This document shows, piece after piece, positions 31,102 to 41,792 of a DNA stretch of 64,000 nt. The stretch comes from an uncultured Ectothiorhodospiraceae bacterium. GTDB lineage: Bacteria; Pseudomonadota; Gammaproteobacteria; S012-40. The notes below the pieces were generated by a model. That model did not search any database. It was not told the origin of the DNA and saw only the letters and a program-made list of their open reading frames with translations. The DNA is taken from positions 6,088 through 70,087 of the forward strand of contig CALZJE010000003.1 in the NCBI GenBank assembly GCA_945787715.1, in the 5' to 3' direction. The translations under genes were made by a program, and so were the position numbers. The stretch's first letter is position 1, and every line of letters starts with the position of its first letter.

Positions 31102-32304
31102 CTATTCAGCTTCGATAATTGAAGCGGTTTCGTCACCAGTTTTAAAGTTGAAATTATACTCTGTACTATTTTTGCCTGACTTATCTGTTACAACCAAAGA
31201 GAACTTATGCTCACCTGCGGTTAGAGGAGCTTTCACGCCCTGGCTTTGTAGTGTGGTAAATTCCTTGGTTACCCTTTCGAATAGATTCAAAATTTCTTCA
31301 GTTTGAGGGTTTTGAAAATAAAGACCTTTCCCAGCTTCTGCAATTGCAGTTAAGCTTTGATCATCAATTTTTTCGCCAAGCCCAATAACATGCACAGTAA
31401 GATTATCAATATTACTTATTTTATTGAGGATCGTTGTCAGTGAAGTTTCTATTCGACCTGACATTAGGTATTCCGCTCCACTCGATGTAACAAAAGGATT
31501 GGGGTTTTGATCGGTGAAAGAACTGTTATCAAATTGACTATAATTGTCTGCGCCATCGGAAAAAACAAGCATCACATTTTGATGATTATTTTCTGTATCT
31601 TCTTCACTGGTTTGACTATTAATCAATTCATCCAATGTGTAATCGATAGCTGCATAAAGTTTTGTATACGTTCCATCAACTGGGCTGGGAATAGTTGTGA
31701 TATCCAGCGGTGACCAGTTTCTATTTTCATTATTCACTGCATAATAAATATATGAGTCGAACCAACTGGATTGAAAAGTGAAATCGCCGGTGCGGTTTTT
31801 CCAGAGTTCTTGGCCGGTTTGTACGCTTTTTTGAGCCGCTTGTAACATTAGCTCAAAAGATTGATTAACTTTCATTGAGTAGCTTGTGTCGAGAACCAGA
31901 TTATAATGAACATTGTACGCGAGTTCTCGTGCACTACTGCTCAAATGGTACTCGACATCAAAGTCTTCATCATCGATTTTTAGCTCTACATCGATTTGAT
32001 CAGGTGTGAGTGGGAGATTATTGTCAGTTCTCGGAATGAATTGCAGAACTATATTAGTAGTACCATGATCTCTGTCGTAGCTTATTGTTGGTTTAGTTAC
32101 CAAATCTATTTTAACATTGCCCGAATAGTTACCTTGATTTTCAGTTTCTGAATCTTTGGGTTCCGTTTCTAACTCATTTTGATCTTTATTCTTTTTTTGT
32201 TTATCAATCTCATTGAGATTACCACCACCACAGGAAATAAGTGCGAACGTAAAAAGCATTACTATTACTAAATCATGGCATTTTACTAGCGTTGTTTTTT
32301 GCAT
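31102..32304 (-). CDS. Lipoprotein with a C-terminal von Willebrand factor A domain
   Basis: Lipobox LISCGG, DxSxS MIDAS motif (DTSYSM) and VMLVFSDGADN, consistent with a VWA fold. Confidence 0.55.
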   Translation of the reverse strand: MQKTTLVKCHDLVIVMLFTFALISCGGGNLNEIDKQKKNKDQNELETEPKDSETENQGNYSGNVKIDLVTKPTISYDRDHGTTNIVLQFIPRTDNNLPLTPDQIDVELKIDDEDFDVEYHLSSSARELAYNVHYNLVLDTSYSMKVNQSFELMLQAAQKSVQTGQELWKNRTGDFTFQSSWFDSYIYYAVNNENRNWSPLDITTIPSPVDGTYTKLYAAIDYTLDELINSQTSEEDTENNHQNVMLVFSDGADNYSQFDNSSFTDQNPNPFVTSSGAEYLMSGRIETSLTTILNKISNIDNLTVHVIGLGEKIDDQSLTAIAEAGKGLYFQNPQTEEILNLFERVTKEFTTLQSQGVKAPLTAGEHKFSLVVTDKSGKNSTEYNFNFKTGDETASIIEAE

Positions 32305-32427
32305 GCTAACCTCAAAGAGTTTCTTTAATAAAAAATAGATTTATTTTGGGCCTATTAAAACAAAGACTATCCATTTAGACAAAAGTTTATCTTTTAAATG
32401 GGAATATATTCGAGGCGAAATGGGTTA

Positions 32428-33447
32428 TTAAATTTCAGCGCGAATTTCACGATTCAATAAATCATGACCAGCCTGTTTTGCAGATTTATTTTGATAAAGG
32501 ACTTCGTATACTTGCTCGACAATGGGCATTTGAATCCCCATTTTATTCGATAGCAGGTATACTTTTTCAGCAGTTTCCACACCCTCTGCTACTTGTCCCA
32601 ACTCATCGAGTATTTGTGATATCGATTTGCCTTGTGCTAAACCTAAGCCTACACGACGATTTCTTGATTGATTGTCTGTACAAGTAAGTACTAAATCACC
32701 CAGCCCAGCAAGACCCATAAACGTTTCTTGATGGGCCCCAAGAGCGACACCTAGGCGAGAGATTTCTGCCAATCCTCGCGTAATAACAGCAGTGCGAGTA
32801 TTTGCGCCGAAGCCTAAGCCGTCTGCTATACCTGCTGCGATTGCAATAACATTTTTTACAGCACCGCCTATTTCAACGCCAATCACATCAGAACTTGTAT
32901 ATGCACGAAAATGATCGTTGGTTAACCATTTCGCATATTTTAATGCAAACGCCTCATCCTCTGAGGCAACAGTTACAGCTGTTGGCAATTCATGTGCAAC
33001 TTCTTTGGCAAAGGTTGGCCCAGATATGATGCAAAGTTTAAGATCATCACCCAGTACTTCATGTACAACTTCGTGTAGAAGCTTTAAGCTTTCTGGCTCC
33101 AATCCTTTGGTCGCAATTGCAATTCCCATGTGGGGCTTATAATAGGGTTTTATTTGTTCAAGACTATTTCTAAAACCTTTTGAAGGTACAGCCATTAGAA
33201 TGGAATTTACGCTTTCTAAGGCTTTTTCAAGATTTGCTTCAGGCTGTAACATTAATGGAAAAACAATATCGGGCAGATAAGTTTCGTTTCTACGATCATC
33301 TGCCATTTTTGAGACTCGGTCAGAGTTTCTTCCCCAAAGGAAAGTTTTGTGACCATTACTAGCAAGAAGCACAGCTAAAGCTGTGCCCCAAGATCCTGCA
33401 CCTAAAACAGCGACTGAATTATTTTGCATATAGCTCGGAGATTTCAT
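32428..33447 (-). CDS. gpsA: NAD(P)H-dependent glycerol-3-phosphate dehydrogenase
   Basis: GAGSWGTALA Rossmann motif. Typical GpsA sequence, in synteny with secB. Confidence 0.9.
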   Translation of the reverse strand: MKSPSYMQNNSVAVLGAGSWGTALAVLLASNGHKTFLWGRNSDRVSKMADDRRNETYLPDIVFPLMLQPEANLEKALESVNSILMAVPSKGFRNSLEQIKPYYKPHMGIAIATKGLEPESLKLLHEVVHEVLGDDLKLCIISGPTFAKEVAHELPTAVTVASEDEAFALKYAKWLTNDHFRAYTSSDVIGVEIGGAVKNVIAIAAGIADGLGFGANTRTAVITRGLAEISRLGVALGAHQETFMGLAGLGDLVLTCTDNQSRNRRVGLGLAQGKSISQILDELGQVAEGVETAEKVYLLSNKMGIQMPIVEQVYEVLYQNKSAKQAGHDLLNREIRAEI

Positions 33448-33464
33448 GAATTATCCGAGTTTTA

Positions 33465-33950
33465 TTAATGTGTGGTTTCAGGTGCTGCTTGTTGCTTTTG
33501 AGCTTGCTGCATATGCTGTTGATATAATGCATCAAAATTAACAGGCGCCAAAAGCATTTGTGGGAATCCACCCTTAACAACCAAGTCAGAAATAGCTTCG
33601 CGTGCGTAAGGGAAAAGAATATTTGGACAGTAGGAACCCGCCATCATACCCATTTCCTGGTCTACGTAACCCTTGATAGTAAAAATACCGGCTTGTTTAA
33701 CTTCACAAAGATAGGCAGTTTCTTCACCTATTTTTGCGGTTACAGTAATGGTTAATACAACTTCATGAACACCTTCGCTGAGGGTAATAGCGTTATTACC
33801 TAACTGTAAGCCAATTTCTGGTTCCCATTTTTTTTGGAAAATTGCAGGAGTGGTTGGTGCTTCGAAAGAAACATCTTTCAGGTAGATCTTTTGGATTGCA
33901 AACTCTCTTTCGTTTGCTGGATTTGCATTTGTAGTGTTCTCGTCACTCAT
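33465..33950 (-). CDS. secB: Protein-export chaperone SecB
   Basis: 161 aa with a conserved SecB core and an acidic Q-rich C-terminus. Confidence 0.85.
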   Translation of the reverse strand: MSDENTTNANPANEREFAIQKIYLKDVSFEAPTTPAIFQKKWEPEIGLQLGNNAITLSEGVHEVVLTITVTAKIGEETAYLCEVKQAGIFTIKGYVDQEMGMMAGSYCPNILFPYAREAISDLVVKGGFPQMLLAPVNFDALYQQHMQQAQKQQAAPETTH

Positions 33951-33963
33951 AATATTACCTTTG

Positions 33964-34407
33964 TTATAGTGTATTTAATTTGTTATTAATCCATTGTAAG
34001 AGCTGCGGTAATTGCATTGCACCGGAGATTCGATCAATTTCTTTACCCTGCCGGTATAGGACAAGTGTGGGAATGCTACGAATATTAAATTGTGCACCCA
34101 AAGTTTGTTCTACTTCTGTATTAACTTTACCAATACGTATTCCAGGTTCCATTGATTTAGCTGCTTCTTCCAAAACAGGCCCCATCATTTTACAGGGACC
34201 GCACCAAGGCGCCCAAAAATCCACAAGTATAGGCAGTTCGCTCTTAACAACATGCGCAGAAAAAGATGATTGTGTGAGATTAACAGGTTTTTTTTCAAAA
34301 AGTGTAGATTTGCAACTGCCACACTTGCCGTCATCTGAGAGTTTTGATACTGGCAGGCGATTCAATTTATCACAGTGCGGGCAGGCAATAATTATAGACT
34401 GATTCAT
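33964..34407 (-). CDS. trxC: Thioredoxin 2 (N-terminal zinc-finger thioredoxin)
   Basis: N-terminal CPHC…CGSC zinc finger plus the WCGPC active site. Confidence 0.8.
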   Translation of the reverse strand: MNQSIIIACPHCDKLNRLPVSKLSDDGKCGSCKSTLFEKKPVNLTQSSFSAHVVKSELPILVDFWAPWCGPCKMMGPVLEEAAKSMEPGIRIGKVNTEVEQTLGAQFNIRSIPTLVLYRQGKEIDRISGAMQLPQLLQWINNKLNTL

Positions 34408-34883
34408 TCTTTTTCGGTTTGTTTTGCAATGAGTTTTTCAGATTTTTTGTTGCGTTTAGTTTCTTTGCTGATAGGTAGGTTGGCATTTATCCAACCATTG
34501 ATTCCACCGTCAATATTGTACATTGATGTGAAGCCGTGTTTTTTAAGAATAGTTCCTGCTTGTTTAGAACGCATCCCTGTTTGACAATAAAGAATAATAT
34601 TTTGACTCTTATAATCTGTCAGTTCTTTTATTCGATTTGCCACTGCCCCCAAAGGTATATGGAGCGAATCCATGATATGCCCTTCTTTAAATTCTTTTTC
34701 GAGGCGAACATCTAGTACGACGGTATTTTCATCATTCATTAAGCGAACAGCTTCTTGCGGTTTGATTGTTTTAACACCAGTAAGAATTGGTTCCAAGAAT
34801 GAGCGACCTAGTAATATTACAATGAATACGAAAGCCGCCGAGAAAATCCACTCTTCAAACAAAAAGTCTATAAATTGTTCCAT
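34404..34883 (-). CDS. Membrane-anchored single-domain rhodanese (YibN-like)
   Basis: N-terminal TM helix and a rhodanese domain with the active-site Cys (YCQTGMRS). It occupies the yibN position of the yibN-grxC-secB-gpsA block. Confidence 0.75.
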   Translation of the reverse strand: MEQFIDFLFEEWIFSAAFVFIVILLGRSFLEPILTGVKTIKPQEAVRLMNDENTVVLDVRLEKEFKEGHIMDSLHIPLGAVANRIKELTDYKSQNIILYCQTGMRSKQAGTILKKHGFTSMYNIDGGINGWINANLPISKETKRNKKSEKLIAKQTEKE

Positions 34884-35088
34884 GATAATCCATCAGTTTA
34901 AAATAAGATAAGTATCGATTCAGGATGACTTCCTGGTCGAAATAGGCCCGCTATTCTACCTGTTGTATGTTCTAAATGCGATGGGAGAAAGATTTTGAAT
35001 AGATTTGATTAACCATAGAAACTCGATAGATGACAAATATGTTCTGGTTTATCATTATTCAAAATGATAAAATGCCGCCGTTTGTGAT

Positions 35089-35418
35089 TTATTGGTTGGC
35101 TTTAATGTGGTCACTACAAAAGACGTCGCGCATCATATCGATTAATCGTAATGTTCGAGCGTCTTCAATTTTGTAATAGACACGATTAGCATCTTTACGG
35201 GAAGAGAGAATGGCTTTATCCCGCAAAATTGCGAGATGTTGCGAGATGTTACTTTGAGAAGTACCTACGAGTTCAACAATATCTTGGACACTAACTTCAT
35301 TTGAACCCAACATGCAGAGAATTTTTAATCGAAGAGGGTGAGCCATCGCTTTCATTGATAACGCAGCACGTTCAATATCTTCATCACGAGTGATTAGCAT
35401 ATTTTTGGCAGTTTCCAT
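35089..35418 (-). CDS. ArsR/SmtB family transcriptional regulator
   Basis: 109 aa with a winged HTH (LRLKILCMLGSNEVSVQDIVELVGTSQSNISQHLAILRD). Confidence 0.75.
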   Translation of the reverse strand: METAKNMLITRDEDIERAALSMKAMAHPLRLKILCMLGSNEVSVQDIVELVGTSQSNISQHLAILRDKAILSSRKDANRVYYKIEDARTLRLIDMMRDVFCSDHIKANQ

Positions 35419-35675
35419 GATTTTAGTATTCCCGTTTTGTGTTATTAATTGCGATTAATCTCCGGCCACCTTTAGAGAATCGACAGTAGATTTAGCTTCT
35501 CAATTAAATTCGATAAGCAATTTTTGAATGATCTACGACTTTGTTATGGCAAAGATTATACAATAATACGCTTTTGGAAAAGAGTGAATAATTGGGATTT
35601 CCCTTATTAAATGGAGATTTTTTTAATCTTTTTATAAGTCGTACAGTTTTTAAACTAATTTGATGTAGAGAGTAT

Positions 35676-37229
35676 ATGAGTATAAAACATCGCCCGGTTG
35701 CTCTAATTATTTTGGATGGTTGGGGTTATAGTGAAGAACCAGAAAATAACGCAATCTATTCTGCAAAAACACCCAATTGGGATCAGTTATGGGAGCGTTA
35801 TCCACATACATTGATTCGTGCTTCAGAGTCTGCTGTTGGCTTGCCCGCTGATCAAATGGGGAATTCCGAAGTAGGTCATCTCAATCTTGGTGCTGGTCGT
35901 GTTGTTTACCAGGAAATTTCGCGTATTGCGCATGCTATCAAGTCTGGTTCATTTTTCTCCAATGGTGTATTGACCGCCAGTGTGGATCAAGCAATTGAAA
36001 ATGATAAAGCTATACATATTATGGGCCTGTTGTCCGATGGTGGCGTACACAGCCATGACAAACATATCCATTCGATGGTTGAACTTGCCGTTAAACGCGG
36101 TGCAAAGAAAATATATCTCCATATTTTTTTAGACGGTCGTGATACTGCCCCTAAAAGTTCAGAAATCTACATAAAAAGCTTAGAAAACAAGTTAACAGAA
36201 CTTGGTGCTGGCAAACTGGTTTCAATGATAGGCCGTTATTTTGCTATGGATAGAGACCATCGCTGGCCAAGAATTAAAAAAGCTTATGATCTAATTGCTC
36301 ATGGCATGGGTAAACATTCAGCGACAACTGCATTAGAAGGATTGCAAGCTGCCTATGAGCGAGGTGAATCGGATGAGTTTGTTCAAGCAACATCCATTCA
36401 TGCTGAAGGTGAATCCGCCGTCAGCATTGAAGATGGAGATTCAGTTATCTTCATGAATTTCAGATCTGATCGTGCGCGTCAAATTACACGTCCTTTTATC
36501 GAAGCAGATTTTGATAAATTTGATGTTGGTGATGCGCCTAAATTGGGCTCTTACGTGAGCCTAACAGAATACAATTCCGAATTTGACGTGAGAGTCGCGT
36601 TTCCACCTGAACGTTTACGTAAAGTATTTGGTGCCTATATTTCAGATTTGGGTCTACGCCAGTTAAGAATTGCAGAAACTGAAAAATACGCGCATGTAAC
36701 CTTCTTTTTAAATGGTGGAATTGAGACACCGTACCCAGGTGAAGAGCGAATACTTGTTCAATCACCAGATGTTGCGACTTATGATTTGCAGCCTGAAATG
36801 AATGCTCCTCTATTGACAGAAAAGTTAATAGAAGCTGTTAACAGTAAGAAATTTGATACTATTATTTGCAACTATGCAAATCCTGACATGGTCGGCCATA
36901 CGGGTAATTTTGAAGCAACTGTTAAAGCCATTGAAGCACTTGATGTTTGTATTGGTGAAGTTGTAGAAGCCATAAAAGCGGTAGGCGGAGAAGTATTAAT
37001 CACAGCAGATCATGGTAATGCAGAGCAGATGTTGGATAAAACGACGGGCCAAAGACACACGGCCCATACGCTTAATCCTGTACCGTTCTTATACATCGGT
37101 CGTAATGCAAAATTAGCGAATTCCGGCGCTTTGTCAGATGTAACACCAACAATGCTGTATTTGATGGGGCTTGATAAGCCACAGGAAATGGGTGGTCAGT
37201 CATTGGTGGAGTTGATAGATACTCATTAA
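35676..37229 (+). CDS. gpmI: 2,3-bisphosphoglycerate-independent phosphoglycerate mutase
   Basis: 517 aa. iPGM motifs: the N-terminal LIILDGWG and the catalytic Ser region. Confidence 0.9.
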   Translation: MSIKHRPVALIILDGWGYSEEPENNAIYSAKTPNWDQLWERYPHTLIRASESAVGLPADQMGNSEVGHLNLGAGRVVYQEISRIAHAIKSGSFFSNGVLTASVDQAIENDKAIHIMGLLSDGGVHSHDKHIHSMVELAVKRGAKKIYLHIFLDGRDTAPKSSEIYIKSLENKLTELGAGKLVSMIGRYFAMDRDHRWPRIKKAYDLIAHGMGKHSATTALEGLQAAYERGESDEFVQATSIHAEGESAVSIEDGDSVIFMNFRSDRARQITRPFIEADFDKFDVGDAPKLGSYVSLTEYNSEFDVRVAFPPERLRKVFGAYISDLGLRQLRIAETEKYAHVTFFLNGGIETPYPGEERILVQSPDVATYDLQPEMNAPLLTEKLIEAVNSKKFDTIICNYANPDMVGHTGNFEATVKAIEALDVCIGEVVEAIKAVGGEVLITADHGNAEQMLDKTTGQRHTAHTLNPVPFLYIGRNAKLANSGALSDVTPTMLYLMGLDKPQEMGGQSLVELIDTH

Positions 37230-37293
37230 TTTTTTCAGTTTTGCCGGAATGTTTGATTAGCAATCATTCCGGTGTTCTTCTAAAGGAAAACAG

Positions 37294-38475
37294 ATGAATC
37301 ATAGGAAAAGCGTTTTTTATGTTTCATTTTTTCTATTAATAACTTTTCTTCTCTATCTATCTCCCGCACCCGCCGCTAAAGAGACTTCTCCACAGGATAA
37401 AATTAATTTACTTAAGTTAGAAATTAAAAATATTAAAGCTGAACTTGATAAGCAGCAACATACTAAATCCAAAACGAATAAAGAGCTTAACCACTTTGAT
37501 ATCGAAATTGCTGAACTTAGTCGCCAATTACGCTTAATTAGGCAAGAAAGTATAGATATCGATATAGATTTAAAAAAGCTTGTCGAGAAAAAGAACAGTC
37601 TTACAACTAGTATATTTGCTAATAAGGCATCTCTCGCTCAAATTGCGCGCACTTTTTATATGCTTGGTGAGCAAAATTATTTAAAAACATGGGTCAACAA
37701 CGAAGATGTTGGAAGACTTTCACGCACAAAAGTCTACTTTGAATATTTACATAATGCTTATCAGCGAAAATATAGCCAACTTGACTCTGAGTTAAAGCAG
37801 AAAAAAAGTTTGTTATCTCAATTAGAAAAGAAACAAAAACATCAAACGGATTTGTTGGCACAAGTTACCGATCAAAAAGACAAATTGAGCACTAAACAAA
37901 CGCTCAAAAAGGATTATCTAAAAAAGTTAGATAAACAAATTAAAGCAAAACAAAGAAATATTTCACTTCTCAAAAAAGATCAAAAAGGGCTGGAAAAACT
38001 AGCGAAGGCAATTCTTAACCGAAAAAAAGAGGCCAAAAAGCGCGCTACATCCGGCATGGCTTTCGCAAATAATAAAGCAACACTTCGCTGGCCTGTTTTA
38101 GGCAAAGTTACCAACAAATTTGGAAGCTCCCGACTGGGTGGAAAATTGAAATGGCAGGGTGTATTAATAACAACAAAATTTGGTGCCGAGGTCAGAGCTG
38201 TAGAAAAAGGCCAAGTTGTTTTTGCAGATTGGTTAAGTGGTTACGGTTATGTTTTGATACTTGAACACAGTGGTGGTTATATGAGCTTATATGGCCATAA
38301 TCGACAACTTCTTAAAGAGGTTGGAGAGTCCGTCAGTAAGGATGAATTGCTTGCCGAAGCAGGAAGTAGTGGACGAGGCGGTGATCCGGCACTATATTTT
38401 GAAATAAGGCATGAGGGAAAGCCGGTAAACCCAGTGAAATGGATGATTTCCAAAAATGCTCGCCAATCTGGATAA
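37294..38475 (+). CDS. envC: Murein hydrolase activator EnvC (coiled-coil plus degenerate LytM/M23 domain)
   Basis: Signal peptide, long coiled coil and a C-terminal M23 domain. Synteny gpmI-envC as in E. coli (yibO-yibP). Confidence 0.75.
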   Translation: MNHRKSVFYVSFFLLITFLLYLSPAPAAKETSPQDKINLLKLEIKNIKAELDKQQHTKSKTNKELNHFDIEIAELSRQLRLIRQESIDIDIDLKKLVEKKNSLTTSIFANKASLAQIARTFYMLGEQNYLKTWVNNEDVGRLSRTKVYFEYLHNAYQRKYSQLDSELKQKKSLLSQLEKKQKHQTDLLAQVTDQKDKLSTKQTLKKDYLKKLDKQIKAKQRNISLLKKDQKGLEKLAKAILNRKKEAKKRATSGMAFANNKATLRWPVLGKVTNKFGSSRLGGKLKWQGVLITTKFGAEVRAVEKGQVVFADWLSGYGYVLILEHSGGYMSLYGHNRQLLKEVGESVSKDELLAEAGSSGRGGDPALYFEIRHEGKPVNPVKWMISKNARQSG

Positions 38476-38749
38476 AATTCATGAAATATCCGGGTTAAAA
38501 TTGATATAAGATTGAAAGTCATACGATTATTATCTCACCCTAAATTTTATTATGATTTAATAGTGATACTAATTTTGATAGAGTTGGTCGGTTAAGAATT
38601 CTCAGCTGCAAAACTAATAAAGTGTTTTGCGATTGCCGAAATTTATTATGGAACTACCGATTAGTTAATTGAGACATGCCGCATCAGAAGTTTCCTGATA
38701 TACGTGATATTTATTACAGAGAATCCGGCCTTGAGTCGGGGAGCAAAGA

Positions 38750-40048
38750 ATGAAACCAACATTACGAAATTTTTCTATTCTGAGTATCGGCCTAGTACTT
38801 GGTGTGAGCCTGGCCATTACTCAAGGTGTAATCGCTGAGAGTAATTCCAAATCTGAATTAACGCTGCCGGTTGATGAATTAAGAGCATTTACTGAAGTTT
38901 TTGCAAAGATCAAAAATGACTATGTAGAACAGGTTGACGATAAAACACTATTGGAAAATGCTATACGAGGCATGCTATCTGGTTTAGATCCTCACTCCAG
39001 TTATCTGGACCCTGAAGGTTATAAAGAGCTGCAAGTGGGAACCACGGGTCGATTTGGTGGCCTAGGTATTGAGGTAGGAATGGAAGATGGTTTTGTAAAA
39101 GTTATCTCTCCTATTGATGACACGCCGGCTAAACGGGCAGGAATACAAGCAGGTGATCTTATTGTTCGATTGGATGATACGCCGGTAAAAGGTCTCACAT
39201 TAAGCGAAGCAGTTAAAATTATGCGCGGAGAGCCTGATTCAGAAATTGTACTAACCGTTGTTCGCGAAGGTGAAGATAGGCCACTAAAGATTACCATCAA
39301 GCGAGACATTATTCGTGTTAAATCTGTAAAAAGTAGAACACTCGATGAGGGTTATGGTTACATTCGCATTACCAGCTTTCAATCTAAGACAGGTGAAAGT
39401 CTGTTAGAAGAACTTGAAAATCTTAAAGATGAAAATAAAAACGGATTAAAAGGGTTAGTACTTGATTTGAGGAATAATCCTGGTGGTGTACTAAGCGCTG
39501 CTGTGGATGTGTCGGATGCATTTTTAACCAAGGGTTTGATTGTTTATACTGAAGGAAGAGATCAAGATTCTCGTCTGAAATTTAGTGCGACCCCAAATGA
39601 TGCTATCGACAACTCTCCTATCGTAGTATTGGTTAATGGTGGATCAGCTTCAGCATCAGAAATTGTTGCAGGTGCTCTACAAGATCATAAACGAGCAATC
39701 ATCATGGGGGAAAAAACATTTGGCAAAGGCTCTGTGCAAACAATTTTACCCATGAATAGCAATGCCGCATTAAAGCTAACTACCGCTCGTTACTACACGC
39801 CACTGGGTCGATCTATCCAAGCGGAGGGAATTGTTCCTCATATCGAACTTGAACCATTAAGGGTTTCAAAGGTGGATTCTGGCTTTAAGCGAATTAAAGA
39901 GGCTGATTTAACAGGTCATTTAGAAAACGGTAAGGGTGAAGGTGAAAGTAAGGATAAAAAAGAAGACTCATCTGATATAGCGGATAAAGATTATCAACTT
40001 TATGAAGCGTTAAACACGCTGAAAGCGATTAATATATCCCGTCTTTAA
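38750..40048 (+). CDS. ctpA: Carboxy-terminal processing protease (S41 family)
   Basis: PDZ domain and S41 catalytic region (GGSASASEIVAG, GEKTFGKGSVQ). Confidence 0.8.
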   Translation: MKPTLRNFSILSIGLVLGVSLAITQGVIAESNSKSELTLPVDELRAFTEVFAKIKNDYVEQVDDKTLLENAIRGMLSGLDPHSSYLDPEGYKELQVGTTGRFGGLGIEVGMEDGFVKVISPIDDTPAKRAGIQAGDLIVRLDDTPVKGLTLSEAVKIMRGEPDSEIVLTVVREGEDRPLKITIKRDIIRVKSVKSRTLDEGYGYIRITSFQSKTGESLLEELENLKDENKNGLKGLVLDLRNNPGGVLSAAVDVSDAFLTKGLIVYTEGRDQDSRLKFSATPNDAIDNSPIVVLVNGGSASASEIVAGALQDHKRAIIMGEKTFGKGSVQTILPMNSNAALKLTTARYYTPLGRSIQAEGIVPHIELEPLRVSKVDSGFKRIKEADLTGHLENGKGEGESKDKKEDSSDIADKDYQLYEALNTLKAINISRL

Positions 40049-40060
40049 GTTTGAATCATT

Positions 40061-40091
40061 AAAAAAAGCGCCATAAGGGCGCTTTTTTTTT
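40061..40091. terminator. Bidirectional rho-independent terminator
   Basis: A7-GCGCCATAAGGGCGC-T9. It serves convergent ctpA and the minus-strand gene at 40121. Confidence 0.75.
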
Positions 40092-40120
40092 ACCTCAAAA
40101 CTTGGTGTTTAATGTAAGTT

Positions 40121-40696
40121 TTAATCGTTAAGAAATGATATGGAGCCGCCATACATAAAAAAGTCATCTAAACCATCTGAGAGGAAATAATTTCGTACAA
40201 ATACACCCAGACGAACCTTTTTATTAATAGCGAAGTTGGAGCCAAACTCAGGAAAAATACCAACATATCCGTTATCGTCTGAATTATTTGTACAATACAT
40301 ACACTCGATAATCTCGCTGTAAAGCCCACCTACTCCCCAAAAAAAAGACAATCTACCGGGTAGACGTATGCCGCTGGAGATCTCTAGACTTGAACTGAGA
40401 TACCGTGGATTTGAAAGTAAACTTAAACTAATACCAATTTTTCCATACATAGGGACATCATCGAAAGTCGATTCTTTGATAGCGTAAGCGCCAGCATGTG
40501 CATGTTCTGTGCGGCTCAAACTTTTACTATTAACAGCTTTCAGGGTATTGAAAGTTACTGAGCCATCAAGACTGACATATAACCTTTGGGTGTCAGGCTT
40601 GTTAGTATTTTCATCGGTAAGATCTAAAGAAATATCCTCAGCATAAGAAGAGTTAACAAATAGCGACAGGAAAAGTGCGTATGCAATATTTTTCAT
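40121..40696 (-). CDS. Hypothetical exported protein, probably a small outer-membrane beta-barrel
   Basis: Signal peptide, alternating hydrophobic pattern, G/Y-rich, 191 aa. Confidence 0.4.
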   Translation of the reverse strand: MKNIAYALFLSLFVNSSYAEDISLDLTDENTNKPDTQRLYVSLDGSVTFNTLKAVNSKSLSRTEHAHAGAYAIKESTFDDVPMYGKIGISLSLLSNPRYLSSSLEISSGIRLPGRLSFFWGVGGLYSEIIECMYCTNNSDDNGYVGIFPEFGSNFAINKKVRLGVFVRNYFLSDGLDDFFMYGGSISFLND

Positions 40697-40931
40697 ATTT
40701 TAATATGTCGGCTGATGATCGAATTCATATACTAAAAGAATAACTATTCTAAATTTAAAATTCATTTGTTTGTTTCTGTTAAGTATATGCTTTTATGAAT
40801 GTTATGAGCATTGATTTTTAAAGTAACGCTAGATATAGTCCTAACACTGGTTTATGTTACCGCCCATTATACGTGTTTTTATTGACTGATCATCCATTGA
40901 TCACCTGCCGGACGGCTTTCTAAAACGATTT

Positions 40932-41792
40932 ATGCCTATTTTTAGCTTGTTGAAAAGATCAGTAACCCAGGAGTGGATACGGAATATCATGCCCATTCCT
41001 AAACTAATATGGCTTTTATCGCTATTATGTTTTCTGGTTGCTGCTCCATTATCTGCAAATGATGATTTGCCATATGTTGCAATAGTCGTCGATGATATTG
41101 GTGATAATTATCCTCGTGGACTAAGAGCGGTCAAACTTCCGGGTCATGTTACTTATTCCATTCTTCCACATACACCATATGGCAAAAATTTAGCTGATCG
41201 AATAAATCGTTCTGGTCGAGAAGTTATGCTTCATATGCCGATGCAGCCGTTGGGTGACGAGAACATGGGCCCCGGTGGATTGCTCAACACAATGCCAAAA
41301 ACGCTATTTATTAAAACGGTTAGAAATAACATCGCTGCAATTCCCTATATCGCAGGCATCAACAATCATATGGGCAGTTTGTTAACTCAACAATCGATTC
41401 AGATGAATTGGTTAATGCATGAGCTGAATGATAATAACGATTTCTATTTTGTTGATAGTTATACTCACGCTGGCAGTGTCGCTTTCCGAACCGCACAGAG
41501 GTTTAATGTACCAAGTACGACACGCGATATTTTTCTGGATCATGTTATTGACGCTGGTGAAATAGAAAAGCAATTCTTACGCCTCATAAAAAGAGCCCGA
41601 ATTTTTGGAAGTGCTCTCGGTATTGCTCACCCCCATATGGAAACTTTGCTTGCTCTGGAATACTGGATTCCACAATTAGCGGCTGAAGGTATTGAATTAG
41701 TACCGGTCAGCCAATATATAGAGTTGAAAAATCAAAGGAGTCCAACATGGCAAGCGTCCTTATCCCCCTCGCGCAAGGCTGCGAAGAACTAG
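40932..41792 (+). CDS. Divergent polysaccharide deacetylase family protein (YibQ-like)
   Basis: 286 aa with a signal/TM segment. Occupies the conserved position after envC/ctpA (E. coli yibQ). Confidence 0.6.
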   Translation: MPIFSLLKRSVTQEWIRNIMPIPKLIWLLSLLCFLVAAPLSANDDLPYVAIVVDDIGDNYPRGLRAVKLPGHVTYSILPHTPYGKNLADRINRSGREVMLHMPMQPLGDENMGPGGLLNTMPKTLFIKTVRNNIAAIPYIAGINNHMGSLLTQQSIQMNWLMHELNDNNDFYFVDSYTHAGSVAFRTAQRFNVPSTTRDIFLDHVIDAGEIEKQFLRLIKRARIFGSALGIAHPHMETLLALEYWIPQLAAEGIELVPVSQYIELKNQRSPTWQASLSPSRKAAKN

